NCBI RefSeq assembly: GCF_023055435.1
Contig: NW_025963868.1
Span: 1,922,001 to 1,986,000, forward strand
Direction: 5' to 3'
Length of the DNA: 64,000 nt
From: Haliotis rufescens
Lineage: Eukaryota
The position numbers and the translations under genes are program-made. Below, piece after piece: positions 24,626 through 36,208 of this stretch. Below the pieces are notes generated by a model that saw nothing but the letters and a program-made list of their open reading frames with translations, did no database searches and was not told where the DNA came from. Numbering within the stretch: position 1 is the stretch's first letter; the number at the start of each line of letters is the position of its first letter.

Positions 24626-25192
24626 AGATATCTGGTCTTGAAGCATAAGGGGATAGTGGTAGTTAAAAATCACCAAAAATTTAGATTTTTTCAAACGCAT
24701 AAAGTCAATATTTTGGTGGTTTTGATTTATTTGATTCGTACTATTCAAGGCAAATTTCCAAGAGCTTTCCATATATATCTGGACCCAACTCTTCACAGCC
24801 AAATGAGGTGCCTTAGACCTCTGGGCCACCCACGCAGGTAGACAAGGGTGATAATGCCATCAATCTGCCAACCGTTTCTAAAATACATTCCTGTACAATT
24901 ATTTTCATTGAAACACATCTGCCGAAGACTCAAAAACGGCAAAACTATTAAATTTTCAGATTGGACTCCATCAAAGGTTCAGTCAAAATTAAAATAATCC
25001 AGATTTTACAAGCTAACCTAAATTAACACAGTGAAAACATAATGCCGTAATAAGCACCCCCGACAAATTGAAAAACTCCCAGTTACAAAATCCTTTTCAA
25101 ATTGATGCCAAAACCACCAAAACCACCTTATTCATGAAACTAAGTCTAGCGGTTGACAGAGAACTCCCAGTTACAAAATCCTTTTCAAACAC

Positions 25193-25390
25193 CGTATTCG
25201 ACATACTAAACACCCAGGGAGCTCTCAAAATTACAAATAGGGGGCTCTTATTGGAATAACATTTTGGTGGAAAGATCGTAAATTTTGTGGTTTATGCTGA
25301 CAGTCTGAAATAATACAAAAGAAAAGTCTATGCGTAATACACGACATATATAGACTTATTAGAGCGGGGCGCTTATTACGGCAAATACGG
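25193..25390. mobile_element. CCGTATT MITE, internally deleted
   Basis: CCGTATTCGAC...GCAAATACGG|ta. Confidence 0.7.
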
Positions 25391-25571
25391 TAGATGCAAA
25401 AACAATAAGCAAAACCACCAACCTGATTCATGAAACTAAGTCTAGCGGTTGACAGAGAACTCCCAGTTACAAAATCACCTTCATTAATTAGCAAAACCAC
25501 CAAAACCACCCACCCACCTTATTCATGACAGCAAACTTCCATGCTAACATCCAAAACATGGCCGACAACAC

Positions 25572-28500
25572 TCATCTTACCCTCAACATTTCCGCGCGGA
25601 CTTGGTCTTGGCGATGTGTACATTTGAACGTCCCCTGATACAGCAGCTTGTGCACCTGCAGTCCCGCCACGCTGTCGAAGTTGATCCCACAGTCCCCACA
25701 CCTGGCCTTGGCTGACGTTTTCTCAACCTTCATCTTCGCATCATTGGACTGAGAACTTATCTGCATCGGCATTTTTTTCCTATGTTCTGTTTTCTGATGT
25801 AGTCCCAAATCAAACTTGGTGGCAAAAGCCATCGGACAAATGGAACAATGGTGCCACTTTTCCACCTTCTGCCTGCCATGTTTCCCTTTCGAAACAACTT
25901 GCTTCAAGTGCTGATGGTACGCAGATTCTGATGCAAATATCTCGTAACATTCACATGTGAAATAACCCTTGGCTTCCACACCCTGAACAAGCGTTTCCTC
26001 AGAGCGGGACTGAGTTGACATGAAGTTCTTGCTTATAAAATTATCAACAATCATTTTATCCTCCTCCTTTGTTGTGGGAGAGATCTGAGGCATGTGTCCG
26101 AGAAGGTTGACCAACACAGGGCTTTTGTCCGAAACAGCCATCTTGTGTTTGGCCTGGGCGTGGCACATGTAGGACGCGAAGTCCAGGAAGAGGACCGAGC
26201 ACTGACAGATGTAGGACTTGTGTTGGCTGAGGTGTTGAAGCATATCCTCCTTCTGCAGGAAGACACTGCGGCACAGGGAACACACGTGGACCTCCACCAT
26301 GCCTGCTGTGGTGGAGGAGGATGTCGTGCTGGTTCCAGCACTCCAACACTTCTGCTGTGTCTTGTCATCCGTGGTCAGGAGAGATTGACTTAAACTTACA
26401 CCACTTATAACACTGGCTGAGCCTTCCTGCTTCACTTCTTCAGGCATCAACTCACCACCTCTACTACTGTCACACAGGATACCATTTTCCCCACTGCTGT
26501 TTGAAACACCAGGTCCATTTTCCCCACTGCTATTTGTAACACCAGGTCCATTTTCCCCACTGCTGTTTGTAACAGTTAGTTCATTTTTCCCACTGCTGTT
26601 AGAAACACCAGGTCCATTTTCCCCACTGCTGTTTGAAACACCAGGTCTATTTTCCCCACTACTGTTTGAAACACCAGGTCTATTTTCCCCGCTGCTGTTA
26701 GAAACACCAGGTCCATTTTCCCCACTGCTATTTGTAACACCAGGTCCATTTTCCCCACTGCTGTTTGTAACAGTTAGTTCATTTTTCCCACTGCTGTTAG
26801 AAACACCAGGTCCATTTTCCCCACTGCTGTTTGAAACACCAGGTCTATTTTCCCCACTACTGTTTGAAACACCAGGTCTATTTTCCCTGCTGCTGTTAGA
26901 AACACCAGGTCCATTTTCCCCACTGCTGTTTGAAACACCAGGTCCATTTTCCTCACTGCTGTTTGAAACCCTTCTTTTTTTCCCACTGCTGTTTGAAACA
27001 CTTCTTTTTTCCCCACTGCTGTTTGAAACACTGAGACCTTTTTCTTTAGTGCAATTTGAAACAGTTGGTCCATTTTCTCCAGTGCTGTTTGTCTTATAAA
27101 TCATGATTTTTTTAGGGTCACTTTCACCATTTCCAACCACAGAAACAAAAATGTCTATATTTGCATTAACGACAGGAGGCGAAGTGACATTAATGTCCTG
27201 TTCGCCAACCATAACACCCTTATCAAACTGTCTGATATTCCTCCAATCCTGACACCTGCTTGATGACATGTGATTTTGACAAGCCCTGGCATCATCACCG
27301 GTCTGAGTGCCACAGTCACACATCAAGCACCTCAACTTGTGTGAACTCCCAACTACATCCGGTCCGCGATATGTCCTCAGATGTCTGTCCAGGTCCTCCT
27401 GCCCAACCAACAACTTCCCACAGGAGCAGAGATTCAGGCAGACATCAGATCCACCTGTGCCATCCACCATTTCAGAATCACTGCTGCAGGTACCCTCCTT
27501 GATTTCACCTGACTCTATGTTCTCCATGTTAATATTTCTCTGTCCGATGTCATCCTCTTCAGATAAGTATTGGTTAAACAGACTTTCCTTGGAAAGATTC
27601 TTGCGATACACTGATTTTAATATTGTGTGGACCATCGTAACCTTACAGTGACTGACAAAATCATTTTCATTTCTAAATATTCTTCCACACTGTATGCAGG
27701 AACAGTAGCCTTCTAGTCCCTGCACAGCTATCTTGATCATGGCTTCCTCCTTGTCACAGCGTGTGACCTTCATCATGGAAGGATCGATGCTACTTGTTGC
27801 CCCGGACATATTCACTCCACTCATGGACATCACAATATCCTGCCCACCGACACGATCTACAGGCGCGACTCCAACATCGCTACTGTCTGGAGTGGAATGT
27901 CTATCACCAACCAGCTCCTTGTCAATCATTGCTCTACAAATAGCATCTTGCATGTCAAGGTCACATCTGCCTTCCTTTGTGCCACAGGTTATGAGTTGTT
28001 CATAACTACCATACTTAGCCTCCAATTTTCCCGATTGTTTTCGAACAATTCTGAAGGAAGAATCAAGTTCCACAACATATTGTACATTGTCGGCCATATT
28101 TTCATCAAAAGTCTTACATAGAGCCCATTCCTTCATCACGGTCAATTGATCAAAATTGAGAGCTAAAGAAACATCGATGTCCTGTTCGTCGGCCATAACA
28201 CACTTGTCAATCTGTCTGATATTCCTCCAGTCCCGAAGCCTGTCTGAAGGTATGTGACCTTGACATGACCTGGCATCATCTCCAGACTGTGTTCCACAGT
28301 CACACATCAAGTGCCTTGAACTGTGTGAACTCGCTACGACATCCGGTCCCTTGTATGTCTGCAGATGTCTGTCCAGGTCCTCCTGCCCAACCAATAGCTT
28401 CCCACATGAGCAGAGATTCAGGGAGACATCAGCGCCACCTATACTCTTCAGTACATCAGTGTTACTGCTACAGATGCTCTCACGCCTGTCCTCACCTGAC

Positions 28501-31500
28501 TGTTTTTTCCCCATGTTAACATTGCCTTGTCCAACTTTGTCCACTTCTGATAAATAACGGTGAAACAGATTTTCTTTGGACAGATTTTTGCGGTGCACTG
28601 TTTTTAATATCTTATGGGTCATTGTAACCTTACAGTGGCTGATAAAATCGTTTTCATTTCCAAATATTCTTCCACATAGTGTGCAGGAGCAGTGGCCTTC
28701 AAGTCCCTGCACAGATATCTTAATCATGGCTCCTTCCTTGTCACATCGTGTGACCTTCATGCTGGAAGGATCGATGCTACTTGCTGCCCCGGACACGCTC
28801 ATTCCACTCGTGGACATCACAACATCCTGCCCACCACCACGCTCTACAGGCGCGACTCCAACAATGCTACTGTCTGGAGTGGAATGTCTATCACCAACCA
28901 GCTCCTTGTCGATCATTGCTCTAAAGTAAGCGTCCTCCATGTCAAGGTCACATACGTTTCCTTTTATTCCATGGTTGAATAATTGTTCATTTTGACCATG
29001 TTTACCCTCCGATTTTCTAGATTGTTTTTGAGCAACTCTGAAGGAAGAATCTTGCTCTACCACATATTGTACATTGTTGGCCATATTTACATCAAATTGT
29101 GTGCATAGTGCCTGGTCCTTCTCCCTAGTCTTTGGATCCAAATTGAGAGCTACAGTGACCTTTATGTCCCGTTGGTCAACCATGACACCCTTGTCAAACT
29201 GTCTGATATTCCTCCAGGGCAGATGCCTGTCTGAAGGGATGTGACCTGGAAATGACCTGGCATCATCTCCGGTCTGAGTGCCACAGTCACACATCAAGTG
29301 CCTTGAACTGTAAGAACTCGCTACTACTACCGGTCCGTTGTATGTCTGCAGATGTCTGTTCAGTTCCACCTGCCCAACCAATAGCTTTCCACAGGAGCAG
29401 AGATTCAAGGAGACATCACGGTTATGGTGAAACTGATTCTGCTTGCTAACATTCTTGCGATACACTGTTTTTATTTTATGGGTCATTGTAGCCTTACAGT
29501 GACTGACAAAATCCTTTTCATTTCCAAATATTCTTCCACACTGTGTGCAAAAGCAGTAACCTTCAAGTCCCTTGACAGATATCTTAATCATGGCTCCCTC
29601 CTTGTCACATCGCGTGACCTTCATGCCGGAAGGATCGATGCTACTTGTTGCCCCGGACACATTCACTCCACTCGTTGAGATCACAATATCCTGCATACCA
29701 CCACGCTCTTTAGGCTCGACTCCAACAATGCTACTGTCAGGAGTGGAATGTCTATTCCCAACCTGTTCCTTGCCAACCTTGACTTCAGGGTCATGTCCTT
29801 TGGTGCCATGGTTCATAATTTGTTTATAAATACCATGATTACTCTCTGATCTTCCAGATTGTTTCCTAACAACTCTGAAGGAAGAATCACGCCCCACTAC
29901 GTATTGTATATTGCTTGCCTCCGTAGCAGAGCAGAACTCAGACCTATTGGGTATGCTGAGGACGAGATTCATGGCATTATCTTTTCCAGCAGCATTGGTT
30001 TCTGACTTTAAACACATTTGCGTCATGCCATGCATTGTACAGTTCATCTCTACAGGAGAAGATGAGGTGGACTCCTTGTTGTCATTCATTCCATCATCAT
30101 CATCCCCCACAGACTTGCAATCTCTCTTACTTTCTTCCTGAATCTTTTCTCCAAAACTGTCACCAGCCTCAGGCAACTGCACCAGCACCAGATAGCTGGC
30201 CCTGTCTCCATCTTCAGATTGGCTCTCAATTGAACCAACCCTCCCTTGTTCATAGTTAGAGCGGCTCTCACTAGAACAGACCCCCTCAAGTTCATGTTGT
30301 GAGTGGCATGGACCTATACTTGCCCCCTTATCTTGATGTTCAGGGTGGCTCTCTTTTGAACGGACTTCACCATCTGAGCTGATCCGCCCAGGTACTGAAC
30401 GTCTGTTTCTACATGTTTGAGTCATTTCTGTTGTTTGCTTATTCAGGATAAATACCTTATTTGCAGGTGTTCTCAAATCAATATCAGGGTGGTTGGTCTG
30501 TGTGGTGGTATGCATTAGCTTGCTTTTCTGCCCCAAAGCCTCACCAAGTATCATACCTTCTACCTTGATGTCCGTGTGCTCCATCGGGGTCCGTTCTTCC
30601 AGAACATCAGGGTGTTTCTTCTTAACATGCCTCTTGTAATCCAGAAAGTCAAGGAATATAGAAGAGCATACACACTTGTAAACTGTGACAGCATATTTGT
30701 CAAAATGCAGTTTGTTGGTTATGTTGAAATTAAATTGCTTCAGATGCCACGTTTCCATGTGTTGTATGAACCGTCCATTGCTGTCAAACGTGATGCTACA
30801 GATCTTACAGCGGAACAAGGATGTACAGCAATCATTGGGCGATTCAACAGCTTGGTGGAAACTAGCATGAGCAGCGAGACTGTCCTCCCCCAACACATGG
30901 GAGCCACACACGCTACACAGGTGGAAGTCCAGGTCCACCTGTTTCACCAACACAACCTGGTTATGTTCCTTAATGTGATTCCTGAACACAGAAAACGTGG
31001 AGAAGGATTCGGAGCAGTTCGAACAAGGGAACCTCTTATCATCCACTAAACCGGAATCATTCTCAACATAGGTCTCATCCCGTTCGTGAGCTTTCACATG
31101 CATCTCCATGTCCTCACTTCCAACATTCCTCCCACACGTTGGACAGAAACTTGTGCTTGGCTTCGAAATGTTGTGGACTTTCAGCAGGTGCTCCTTGTAC
31201 CACCAGTGTCCACGAAAACCCATGTTGCACACATCGCACATGTGCCAAGCACACATTTTATTGAAGAGCCTGTGGTCTGCATTCTCAGCCGGGTCCTTCT
31301 TGTTGTAGCAGCAGCCCTCTCCAGCCACGTTGTCCGGCACAGGCTTCGGGACATATTTCGGCAACTCATGGTGCTCCCTCTCAAGCGCATTGCGTGGAAT
31401 GACTTTTGGAATTGTAACAGGTACCTCGTCATCATCACATTTTCTTTTATGTGTGGGTTTACGAGAAATATCATCGCTTTTCGTTGGAGGAGGATTCTTG

Positions 31501-33206
31501 TGAAGGTCCATATGCTTCTCCAGAGCATCACGAGCAACATCAGTTCCGCATAAGTGGCAAAGTTGCGTAATTTGAACTTGTGTGGTCTCTTTATCGTGCA
31601 TTCTAGTGTGCTCCTCAAAACCTATATTTTCAATGTTATCTCCACATATGTGGCACAGTATGGCTCCAGGCATCACTTCCTTACATTCCGAGGAAGCATC
31701 CTGGCAGGGGTCCTGTGAACTTGAACCATCCTCCTCTCCCTGTGCCAAATGTTCCTTGATGCAATCCGAAGTCACTCCAGTCGACTTTTCTCTTGCTGAT
31801 ATTGTTGCAGTTCCTGTGTGCATCTGGTTCCTGAGTTTTGACAACTCAACAGAAGTAGACGACATTGCTGAATTTTTACTAGAGTATTTGTGACGTATTC
31901 CAGGGACATGCGGATGACCGGGAGAAACACTTCTGTCCTCATGTAGTTTCATGTGTTCCTTGATCCTGTTATCCTCAACACGAGCACCGCAGGTCGGACA
32001 TTGGTACGAGGGCGGGGCAACTATCTTGTGGAAGTTCACAAAGTGGCTCCGATGCATGACTGGATCGCGGAAGCCCATGTGACACATGGTACACATGTGC
32101 CAGCCCCGTCTCAGACTCGAAACCTTCATATCCAGTCCATCAATGAGTCGGAAGCAAATGCCGCACCGATAAACCAGGTTCCCATGCACGCATTTGTCCA
32201 GGGGGTTCATCCGGGGAGTAGCTGACTCTTTCATCACATCTGCCATCATTGTCACCTCCTGTTTATCAGAGGATTCAACTCTACTGCCTGTCTTGGTCAC
32301 TTCATTTTTAGGGGATTTGTCCAAACTTTCCGTTTTGGTCTTGGTATCTTCATCATCAAAGGTTTCATCCATAATTCCTGTGTTGGTCTCTTCTTTATCA
32401 GAAGATTCATCCATAGTTCTTGTCATTGTCTTGGCCTCTTCTTTGTAAGGGTATTCATCCATACTATCCGTTTTGGTCTTGGTATCTTCATTATCACACG
32501 ATTTATCAATAATTCCTGTGTTGGTCTCTTTCATATCAGGAGTTTCATCCATACTTTCTGTCTTTATCGTGGTCTCTTTGTCAGACGATTTATCCATAAT
32601 TCCTGTGTTGGTCTCTTCTTTATCAGGAGATTCATCCATACTCTCTGTCTTTATTGTGGTCTCTTTGTCAGACGATTTATCCATAATTCCTGTGTTGGTC
32701 TCTTTAATATCAGGAGATTCATCCATACTTTCTGTCTTTACCGTGGTCTCTTTATCAGGGGTTTTATCAATACTTTCTGTCTTTACCGTGGTCTCTTTGT
32801 CAGGGGTTTTATCAGTACTTTCTGTCTTTACCGTGGTCTCTTTATCAGGGGTTTTATCAATACTTTCTGTCTTGGTCTTTTCTTTGTCAGGGCATACAAC
32901 CCTACTTCCCGTCTCGGAGGCAGAATCTTGTTTCGCATGTAAAGTACGATCATCTTCTTGTCCATCATCTGAACCTCCCCTGATGCCAGAAGTTGAAGCA
33001 GTCAACCTTTTCTTTGCTGACTTTGGGTTGACACTTTTAGCCATAAATTTGTCAACCTTTTTCGGTTCAGATGAATTACTGGACATTTTTTTCTTGATTC
33101 TGACACTTTCGCGACGAGCAGGAAGTACCACATTCCGTTCACGCCTGGACGGACTGACATGTCCTTCTCTGCGCGTCGTTCTACCGGAACCCTGCCTGCC
33201 CCTCAT
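25572..33206 (-). CDS. Giant single-exon protein (about 2,544 aa) with dispersed, degenerate C2H2 fingers and internal repeats
   Basis: Uninterrupted 7.6-kb ORF with many CxxC...HxxxH motifs lacking TGEKP linkers. First ATG at 33206, just after acceptor CTAATCTCTCCGCTGCAG (33223). Confidence 0.85.
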   Translation of the reverse strand: MRGRQGSGRTTRREGHVSPSRRERNVVLPARRESVRIKKKMSSNSSEPKKVDKFMAKSVNPKSAKKRLTASTSGIRGGSDDGQEDDRTLHAKQDSASETGSRVVCPDKEKTKTESIDKTPDKETTVKTESTDKTPDKETTVKTESIDKTPDKETTVKTESMDESPDIKETNTGIMDKSSDKETTIKTESMDESPDKEETNTGIMDKSSDKETTIKTESMDETPDMKETNTGIIDKSCDNEDTKTKTDSMDEYPYKEEAKTMTRTMDESSDKEETNTGIMDETFDDEDTKTKTESLDKSPKNEVTKTGSRVESSDKQEVTMMADVMKESATPRMNPLDKCVHGNLVYRCGICFRLIDGLDMKVSSLRRGWHMCTMCHMGFRDPVMHRSHFVNFHKIVAPPSYQCPTCGARVEDNRIKEHMKLHEDRSVSPGHPHVPGIRHKYSSKNSAMSSTSVELSKLRNQMHTGTATISAREKSTGVTSDCIKEHLAQGEEDGSSSQDPCQDASSECKEVMPGAILCHICGDNIENIGFEEHTRMHDKETTQVQITQLCHLCGTDVARDALEKHMDLHKNPPPTKSDDISRKPTHKRKCDDDEVPVTIPKVIPRNALEREHHELPKYVPKPVPDNVAGEGCCYNKKDPAENADHRLFNKMCAWHMCDVCNMGFRGHWWYKEHLLKVHNISKPSTSFCPTCGRNVGSEDMEMHVKAHERDETYVENDSGLVDDKRFPCSNCSESFSTFSVFRNHIKEHNQVVLVKQVDLDFHLCSVCGSHVLGEDSLAAHASFHQAVESPNDCCTSLFRCKICSITFDSNGRFIQHMETWHLKQFNFNITNKLHFDKYAVTVYKCVCSSIFLDFLDYKRHVKKKHPDVLEERTPMEHTDIKVEGMILGEALGQKSKLMHTTTQTNHPDIDLRTPANKVFILNKQTTEMTQTCRNRRSVPGRISSDGEVRSKESHPEHQDKGASIGPCHSQHELEGVCSSESRSNYEQGRVGSIESQSEDGDRASYLVLVQLPEAGDSFGEKIQEESKRDCKSVGDDDDGMNDNKESTSSSPVEMNCTMHGMTQMCLKSETNAAGKDNAMNLVLSIPNRSEFCSATEASNIQYVVGRDSSFRVVRKQSGRSESNHGIYKQIMNHGTKGHDPEVKVGKEQVGNRHSTPDSSIVGVEPKERGGMQDIVISTSGVNVSGATSSIDPSGMKVTRCDKEGAMIKISVKGLEGYCFCTQCGRIFGNEKDFVSHCKATMTHKIKTVYRKNVSKQNQFHHNRDVSLNLCSCGKLLVGQVELNRHLQTYNGPVVVASSYSSRHLMCDCGTQTGDDARSFPGHIPSDRHLPWRNIRQFDKGVMVDQRDIKVTVALNLDPKTREKDQALCTQFDVNMANNVQYVVEQDSSFRVAQKQSRKSEGKHGQNEQLFNHGIKGNVCDLDMEDAYFRAMIDKELVGDRHSTPDSSIVGVAPVERGGGQDVVMSTSGMSVSGAASSIDPSSMKVTRCDKEGAMIKISVQGLEGHCSCTLCGRIFGNENDFISHCKVTMTHKILKTVHRKNLSKENLFHRYLSEVDKVGQGNVNMGKKQSGEDRRESICSSNTDVLKSIGGADVSLNLCSCGKLLVGQEDLDRHLQTYKGPDVVASSHSSRHLMCDCGTQSGDDARSCQGHIPSDRLRDWRNIRQIDKCVMADEQDIDVSLALNFDQLTVMKEWALCKTFDENMADNVQYVVELDSSFRIVRKQSGKLEAKYGSYEQLITCGTKEGRCDLDMQDAICRAMIDKELVGDRHSTPDSSDVGVAPVDRVGGQDIVMSMSGVNMSGATSSIDPSMMKVTRCDKEEAMIKIAVQGLEGYCSCIQCGRIFRNENDFVSHCKVTMVHTILKSVYRKNLSKESLFNQYLSEEDDIGQRNINMENIESGEIKEGTCSSDSEMVDGTGGSDVCLNLCSCGKLLVGQEDLDRHLRTYRGPDVVGSSHKLRCLMCDCGTQTGDDARACQNHMSSSRCQDWRNIRQFDKGVMVGEQDINVTSPPVVNANIDIFVSVVGNGESDPKKIMIYKTNSTGENGPTVSNCTKEKGLSVSNSSGEKRSVSNSSGKKRRVSNSSEENGPGVSNSSGENGPGVSNSSRENRPGVSNSSGENRPGVSNSSGENGPGVSNSSGKNELTVTNSSGENGPGVTNSSGENGPGVSNSSGENRPGVSNSSGENRPGVSNSSGENGPGVSNSSGKNELTVTNSSGENGPGVTNSSGENGPGVSNSSGENGILCDSSRGGELMPEEVKQEGSASVISGVSLSQSLLTTDDKTQQKCWSAGTSTTSSSTTAGMVEVHVCSLCRSVFLQKEDMLQHLSQHKSYICQCSVLFLDFASYMCHAQAKHKMAVSDKSPVLVNLLGHMPQISPTTKEEDKMIVDNFISKNFMSTQSRSEETLVQGVEAKGYFTCECYEIFASESAYHQHLKQVVSKGKHGRQKVEKWHHCSICPMAFATKFDLGLHQKTEHRKKMPMQISSQSNDAKMKVEKTSAKARCGDCGINFDSVAGLQVHKLLYQGTFKCTHRQDQVRAEMLRVR
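26482..27030 (-). repeat. 33-bp coding tandem repeat (GVSNSSGENGP)
   Basis: About 16 in-frame units with a higher-order duplication. Confidence 0.9.
27190..29915 (-). repeat. Three-fold internal duplication (about 280-330 aa each) within the giant ORF
   Basis: Three copies of NxQYVV..SSFR..RKQS / RHSTPDSS / KVTRCDKE.AMIKI / CxCxxCGRIF / LCSCGKLLVGQ / MCDCGTQ / WRNIRQFDKGVM. Confidence 0.9.
32280..32890 (-). repeat. Coding tandem repeat (13-15 aa, DKETTVKTESIDKTP-like)
   Basis: Degenerating in-frame units near the N-terminus. Confidence 0.85.
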
Positions 33207-33445
33207 CCTCACAATTATAAATCTGCAGCGGAGAGATTAGTGACGTCATTTGATTGTGTTGTCATGGCAACTGATGACCTCACAATGGTCTCCAAATCAT
33301 CGTGATGCATTTTCAACCAAGCGATATGTGGTTCATATTTCCTGTGGATGCCAGTTTGGGATGATAAAATACCAATAGCTACTAACTTGGAATTCAACTG
33401 TTGGTCTCAACCCTGGCCGTGAATGTTGACGCACCATCCAAGTAC

Positions 33446-33493
33446 CTGTTGCCGGTGTGCAGGGTAAAGATGTCACAGCTTGTGGAGAGGACC
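33446..33493 (-). other. Probable 5'-UTR exon of the giant ZNF gene
   Basis: Strong acceptor CTGATTGATTTCTCTCTGCAG|GG at 33494. Candidate donor CAG|GTACTT at 33445 would give a 223-nt intron to 33223. Confidence 0.5.
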
Positions 33494-33714
33494 CTGCAGA
33501 GAGAAATCAATCAGTCAATCATTCTTTCATGGTTGTATTCTAGTGCCAAACTTTTTCTACTTGCTGTGTGTGGATGTTTTGGCTAAGACTTGTTGATGGG
33601 AAGGAATAACAGGCCCCCAGAAAGCTTAGGGAGCCCTTGAGTATTTACTGGCATGCTGGTTGGTTGGTTTGTTGTTCGCCCCGGCTTATGGGCCCATGTC
33701 TATTTCGAACACTG

Positions 33715-33972
33715 TTTGTTGTTTAACCCTGCACTCAGCAATATTCCAGCTATATACACGGCGGTCTATAAATAATCGAGTCTGCACCAGACAATCCAGT
33801 GATTGATATCATGAGCATCAATCCACGCAATTGGGATCGATGACATGTATGCATCAACCAAGTCAGCGAGCCTGACCACCCAATCACGTTAGTTGCCTCT
33901 TACGACAAGCACAGTCACCTTTTACGACAAGCATGGGTTGCTGAAGACCTATTCCACCCCGGACCTTCACAG
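33715..33972 (-). mobile_element. SINE family 3 copy
   Basis: Same body as 40773-41027, 41478-41740, 43065-43272, 44140-44392(+), 51820-52060(+), 56520-57015 (nested pair) and 58716-58950. Confidence 0.85.
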
Positions 33973-34350
33973 GCCCAGTCAGGGTACTGCTAGACACTGT
34001 TAATTTGGACTGGACGTGCCACATATTATAGCCTACACAGATCTCAGCTCAGACACAAACAGACTCAACGTATGCGAGGCTACACAGGATCAAGCCAAGC
34101 AGGAAACAAGTTTATAGAGAAGATGACAGCAGGCCTAAAAATGGCGACTAAAACGGTTGCCAATGCCACCTAAATTTCAATTTGTCTACTGTCTAAAATT
34201 CAGAGGTAGCCAAATGACTACCTTGAAAAATATCTTGTGGCGACTTAATTCTATTGCTACACATATGTAGACACAAAATAAACATGTCTGCTTCTAATTG
34301 TACTCGCAAATAATTCCTCCTAAAGTCAACGATAAACTGAAATGCATAAA

Positions 34351-34855
34351 CAGACCTCCAGATAAGCTTTTGGTGTTGTGGGTATTTTACCCATGCATTT
34401 TAAAATCATTGGGTATCAGTAATTCTATCTGCGTATTCAAATTTCTGTTACCCACTAGTTTTTACACATGTGGGTATTTAAGTTAAATATTTAAAAACAC
34501 TATTCCTCTAGTCCCTGCAAACTGGTGTCGTGTGGGTTCGAGAGCTTTATAGGACTCAAAAATACCACGATACTTCCAAAAGAAAGTGTGATGGCAAATG
34601 ATCATGATGTAACTGTCATCGTGGAGTTTAGCAAGGTTGACGGAATGCCCGTTTATAATTTAAAAATAAGTTGCTGATTTGCTAATCGAATACGCAGGGT
34701 TACTTCACAATATTTTGATGATACGTACAAGTTTTATTTTTGTAGCGTATCTGTAATGTTCGTTGCGTATTTGATACGCTTGATTATATTTTACTGTGTA
34801 TTTCTGCATTTCTGATGCGTATTTCACGCAGATACGCAGCTTATCTGGAGCTCTG
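34351..34855. mobile_element. CAGAGCTCCAGATAAG-family MITE, 6-bp TSD CATAAA
   Basis: cataaa|CAGACCTCCAGATAAG...CTTATCTGGAGCTCTG|cataaa. Near-identical inverted copy at 52370-52831. Probably nested in a CAGGCCT-ended element at 34130-35177. Confidence 0.9.
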
Positions 34856-35790
34856 CATAAATATTAATGTAATTAGCATTTTATTTTAGTTGATAGTTTA
34901 TTGGATAAGCAAGGACATACCCATATAATCTATAAATATAAATTGCATCATTGTTTGAGTCACAAATAACAAAACTCAAGTACAGTTTCCACTAATATAC
35001 AATTCCAAGAGTAGTGCTATGACTTGTACATGTAATAGTCAGTTGATAAAAGATCATTTCAAATGCTTTTGGCTACCTACAATATTGGCTTGACTTCTTG
35101 ATTTTACCACTGGCTACCTGGAAAAAGATACTTGTAGCCATATGGCTACATGGTAAAAATTTAAACTTTGAGGCCTGTGACAACAGCCTTGTTCACCTCT
35201 GGAACCAGGTCAGACAAGGAACAGAAGACGCCCATGGAGTTCTTGGATGCTGCTGGTCGCCATGTACCTCTTGGTTAAACACTCATTGGGCTTAATGAGT
35301 GAGAGTGAATGAATATGGTTTTACGCCGCTTTTAGCAATATTCAAGCAATATCACGGCGGGGGACACCAGAAATGGGCTTCACACATTGTACCCATGTCG
35401 GGAATCTGGGCTTAATGAGATTTTGCTATTCGAAAGTGGCATTTTATTGTGCTATGACTATTGAGCAAAACAATGGGGTTTTTTAAAATGTGGAATATCT
35501 ATTCAATGTGCTATGAATAAATGCATTTTTATACATACATGCAATACATGTAACAAAAGGCTGTCTAAAAGAATTTTAACACATATTTTATACGTTCTTA
35601 TTGTTATTTATTTTGGGGTGTTCCATTCCACAAATAGGTAATATGCAGTCAGTACTACATGCACTGGGACATGATATTTTGTTTTAGAATTGTTGTAGAA
35701 TTTTTGGGATGTAGAGGTTTGGGGCTGGAAGCTGTTGGTTGGACAGTTGTTACATTACAGCAATATTACTTGTAATGTAGTGTATCGTAT

Positions 35791-36208
35791 ACGAGCTCCA
35801 GATACCATTTTGAGCAATTGAGTTTTTACTCTAGGGTTTCGATTTTAATTGAGTTATTATATTTTTCATTGGGTAACTAATATTTTTTCATTCATCTATT
35901 CATCACTCTATTGGGTTTTTCCTAAAATAAGTGAACATTTTAAGATTTTGAAAAAAAATGAAATAATGTTTTAGATGTCTATAATTGTTCTAAATATACA
36001 GGCATGACTCGGAAAGCAAATTAGCTCGTAATTGTGTTTCAGAAATTAGCTCCTTTGTACACATGCTGAAAAAGCTTCATTGGGTATTAACGCACGTTGT
36101 TTTTATACATTTGAGTTTTTCATTTACTGCATGTATGCAAGTTAATTGAAAGTAATTGGGTTTTGAATATTTTGGGGGAGTATTTTACACTGCTTATCTG
36201 TAGCTCTG
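35791..36208. mobile_element. CAGAGCTCCAGATA-family MITE
   Basis: Inverted copy of 21676-22121, flanked by TCGTAT on both sides. Confidence 0.85.

Noticed and set aside
14198-33240. Many short plus-strand ORFs overlapping the two ZNF exons
   Set aside because: They are antisense shadows of long coding exons and low-complexity repeats.
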